This document shows positions 62,538-64,000 of a DNA stretch of 64,000 nt, one piece after another. The DNA is from Escherichia phage ECO340P1. The notes under the pieces were generated by a model, which ran no database searches, was not told where the DNA came from, and saw nothing but the letters and a program-made list of their open reading frames with translations. Position numbers and translations under genes: made by a program. Within the stretch, counting starts at the first letter, position 1, and each line of letters opens with the position of its first letter. Where the stretch lies: the sequence record OP172791, one strand, 5' to 3'.

Positions 62538-63956
62538 TTACACTCCATACTCGTAAGAAATGTTATCAAGGTCAAAAGAAGGGACAACATTATAAGCAGG
62601 AACTATATTATTCTCTGTATATTTACTGTCATCCTCAGTATTAAGTTTAACATAAACACGAAGAGAAGTCAAGCGTCCAAAAGCAAGTGCTGCATAAATA
62701 ACACCTTTGATTTGATCGTTCGTTACTGAAGAACCTAACTCAAAGTAAGCTTGCAGGTTTTGCAAAGCTTCTACGATGTTTTGTTTTTCTGTTCCACTTA
62801 AAGTTGTTCCGTTGACAGTTTGATAAACAAGTTTTACGGAATACATAGCAGAAGCACCAGGAGAGAAGCGAATAATTTCTTGTCCTCCATCTTCTGTTGT
62901 AACTGTTATGTTAGTTGTTCCGTGTGTCAAAGTGTTGATTGGTTTGGTTTTATAGATAACATTTGCAATTTCTTCTGCACTGCCACCATAAACTATAGTC
63001 TGGAAAGTCATAGCTGGAGCATGTTCTTGATCGTGTAATGTGGGGTTATCGTAGATTTTCACTTTGGTAACACCATCTGTAAGCAGCAGTGCTTTCACAA
63101 TAGCTGCTCGTGTCCCCGCATTAGCTTCATCCACATTATCATTGAAACGAGAGCGGAATTCTGCATCTGTCTCAACATCTCGACCAGGAGAAAACGAATA
63201 GAAGTTACCACTATCAAGATAACCTGTAAAGGTAGAAGATATCCCTGTAATAGACTCCACACCCACCGGATTGTATCCTTTCTCTGCTGCAACTACCGGA
63301 ATTTCACTCCATTTGGTTCCAACTGGAACACTAGCATAAAATTTGATAGGAGTTACTAGTCCCACTGGAGTATCGCTGGTTAAAGAAGTAAAACCAATTG
63401 ACAAGTTACCAGAATCAGAAAATACAAGACTACGATCAGCTTCTGTTAAATTCGCCTTGATAAAAGTTTCAAGATCGGTTATAAATGTAGAAGAACCAGG
63501 TGCAAGTGTTTTACTGTTTAGTCCTCCATCCACCGCACTTTGTGCATAAAAAGTAATATTTGGAACACCTGTAGCAGTTGCATTAGCACGGGAGATTTGA
63601 TAAGCTGCAATCTTAGCATTCAACATAGTTGGTGTGCTAACATAGTAGTTCATATCACTATCAGAGTTGAAATAAATATCTGTGCCTAGCTCATAAGTCC
63701 AAGCTGCTTTGTTATTACTCTTAACATATGCATAACCTGTACTTGCTGCTGCACCTGCTCGATAGAAACCGCGTTTAGAAAAGATTTCATCAAGATAAAT
63801 ACCTTCTGCACCATCCAGTGTTTGAGTATTATAAACACCTTGCATACCTTCCCACAATGTGTAATCTGTGTATGCAATTATTCTAAACAGTTGTCCGATC
63901 ACAGTATCTTCCGAAGTGGCTGCATCTGCACCAAATGTGTTTTTTACTGCTGTCAT
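62538..63956 (-). CDS. baseplate J-like protein (may extend 5-prime beyond window)
   Basis: 472 aa with baseplate J family character; reading frame stays open upstream of ATG 63956 to window end. Confidence 0.75.
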   Translation of the reverse strand: MTAVKNTFGADAATSEDTVIGQLFRIIAYTDYTLWEGMQGVYNTQTLDGAEGIYLDEIFSKRGFYRAGAAASTGYAYVKSNNKAAWTYELGTDIYFNSDSDMNYYVSTPTMLNAKIAAYQISRANATATGVPNITFYAQSAVDGGLNSKTLAPGSSTFITDLETFIKANLTEADRSLVFSDSGNLSIGFTSLTSDTPVGLVTPIKFYASVPVGTKWSEIPVVAAEKGYNPVGVESITGISSTFTGYLDSGNFYSFSPGRDVETDAEFRSRFNDNVDEANAGTRAAIVKALLLTDGVTKVKIYDNPTLHDQEHAPAMTFQTIVYGGSAEEIANVIYKTKPINTLTHGTTNITVTTEDGGQEIIRFSPGASAMYSVKLVYQTVNGTTLSGTEKQNIVEALQNLQAYFELGSSVTNDQIKGVIYAALAFGRLTSLRVYVKLNTEDDSKYTENNIVPAYNVVPSFDLDNISYEYGV

Positions 63957-64000
63957 GTAGTTGTTTAAAACATCGTCAAAAGTCGGGATTACAAATCCCG

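Noticed and set aside
1-64000. Integrase, transposase, or prophage attachment features
   Set aside because: No tyrosine or serine recombinase or DDE transposase motifs were seen in any frame; gene content is that of a virulent phage.

Overview
The window looks like a ~64 kb stretch of a tailed, virulent dsDNA phage (myovirus-type baseplate, host with sigma70-type promoters), organised in four blocks. (1) 1-8.8 kb: about 30 small minus-strand early genes, nearly each preceded by its own cassette of a near-consensus sigma70 promoter and a conserved GC hairpin in the 5-prime UTR (about 20 copies). (2) 8.8-10.1 kb: divergent promoters and a ~700 bp non-coding AT-rich region with direct repeats, a candidate replication origin. 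(3) 10.1-16.6 kb: a minus-strand operon with a NADAR-domain protein, a Zn-ribbon-repeat protein, an AAA+ ATPase and small membrane or secreted proteins. (4) 16.7-52.0 kb: a plus-strand block with UvrD-like helicase, MazG-like protein, NrdD/NrdG, a glycosyltransferase cluster, T7 gp4-like primase-helicase, a DNA methyltransferase, family A DNA polymerase, a nucleotidyltransferase and an SSB-like protein; then 52.1-64 kb minus-strand tail and baseplate genes. The most unusual content is a Ter-like module at 28.3-39.0 kb (HAD hydrolase, phosphoribosyltransferase, macro domain, TerC, TelA-like, vWA, TerD), which is my top candidate for an undescribed phage system. No tRNA, CRISPR array, integrase or transposase was found. 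All calls rest on motif reading by eye; no database search was run, and coordinates of starts were refined by hand from the ORF track.
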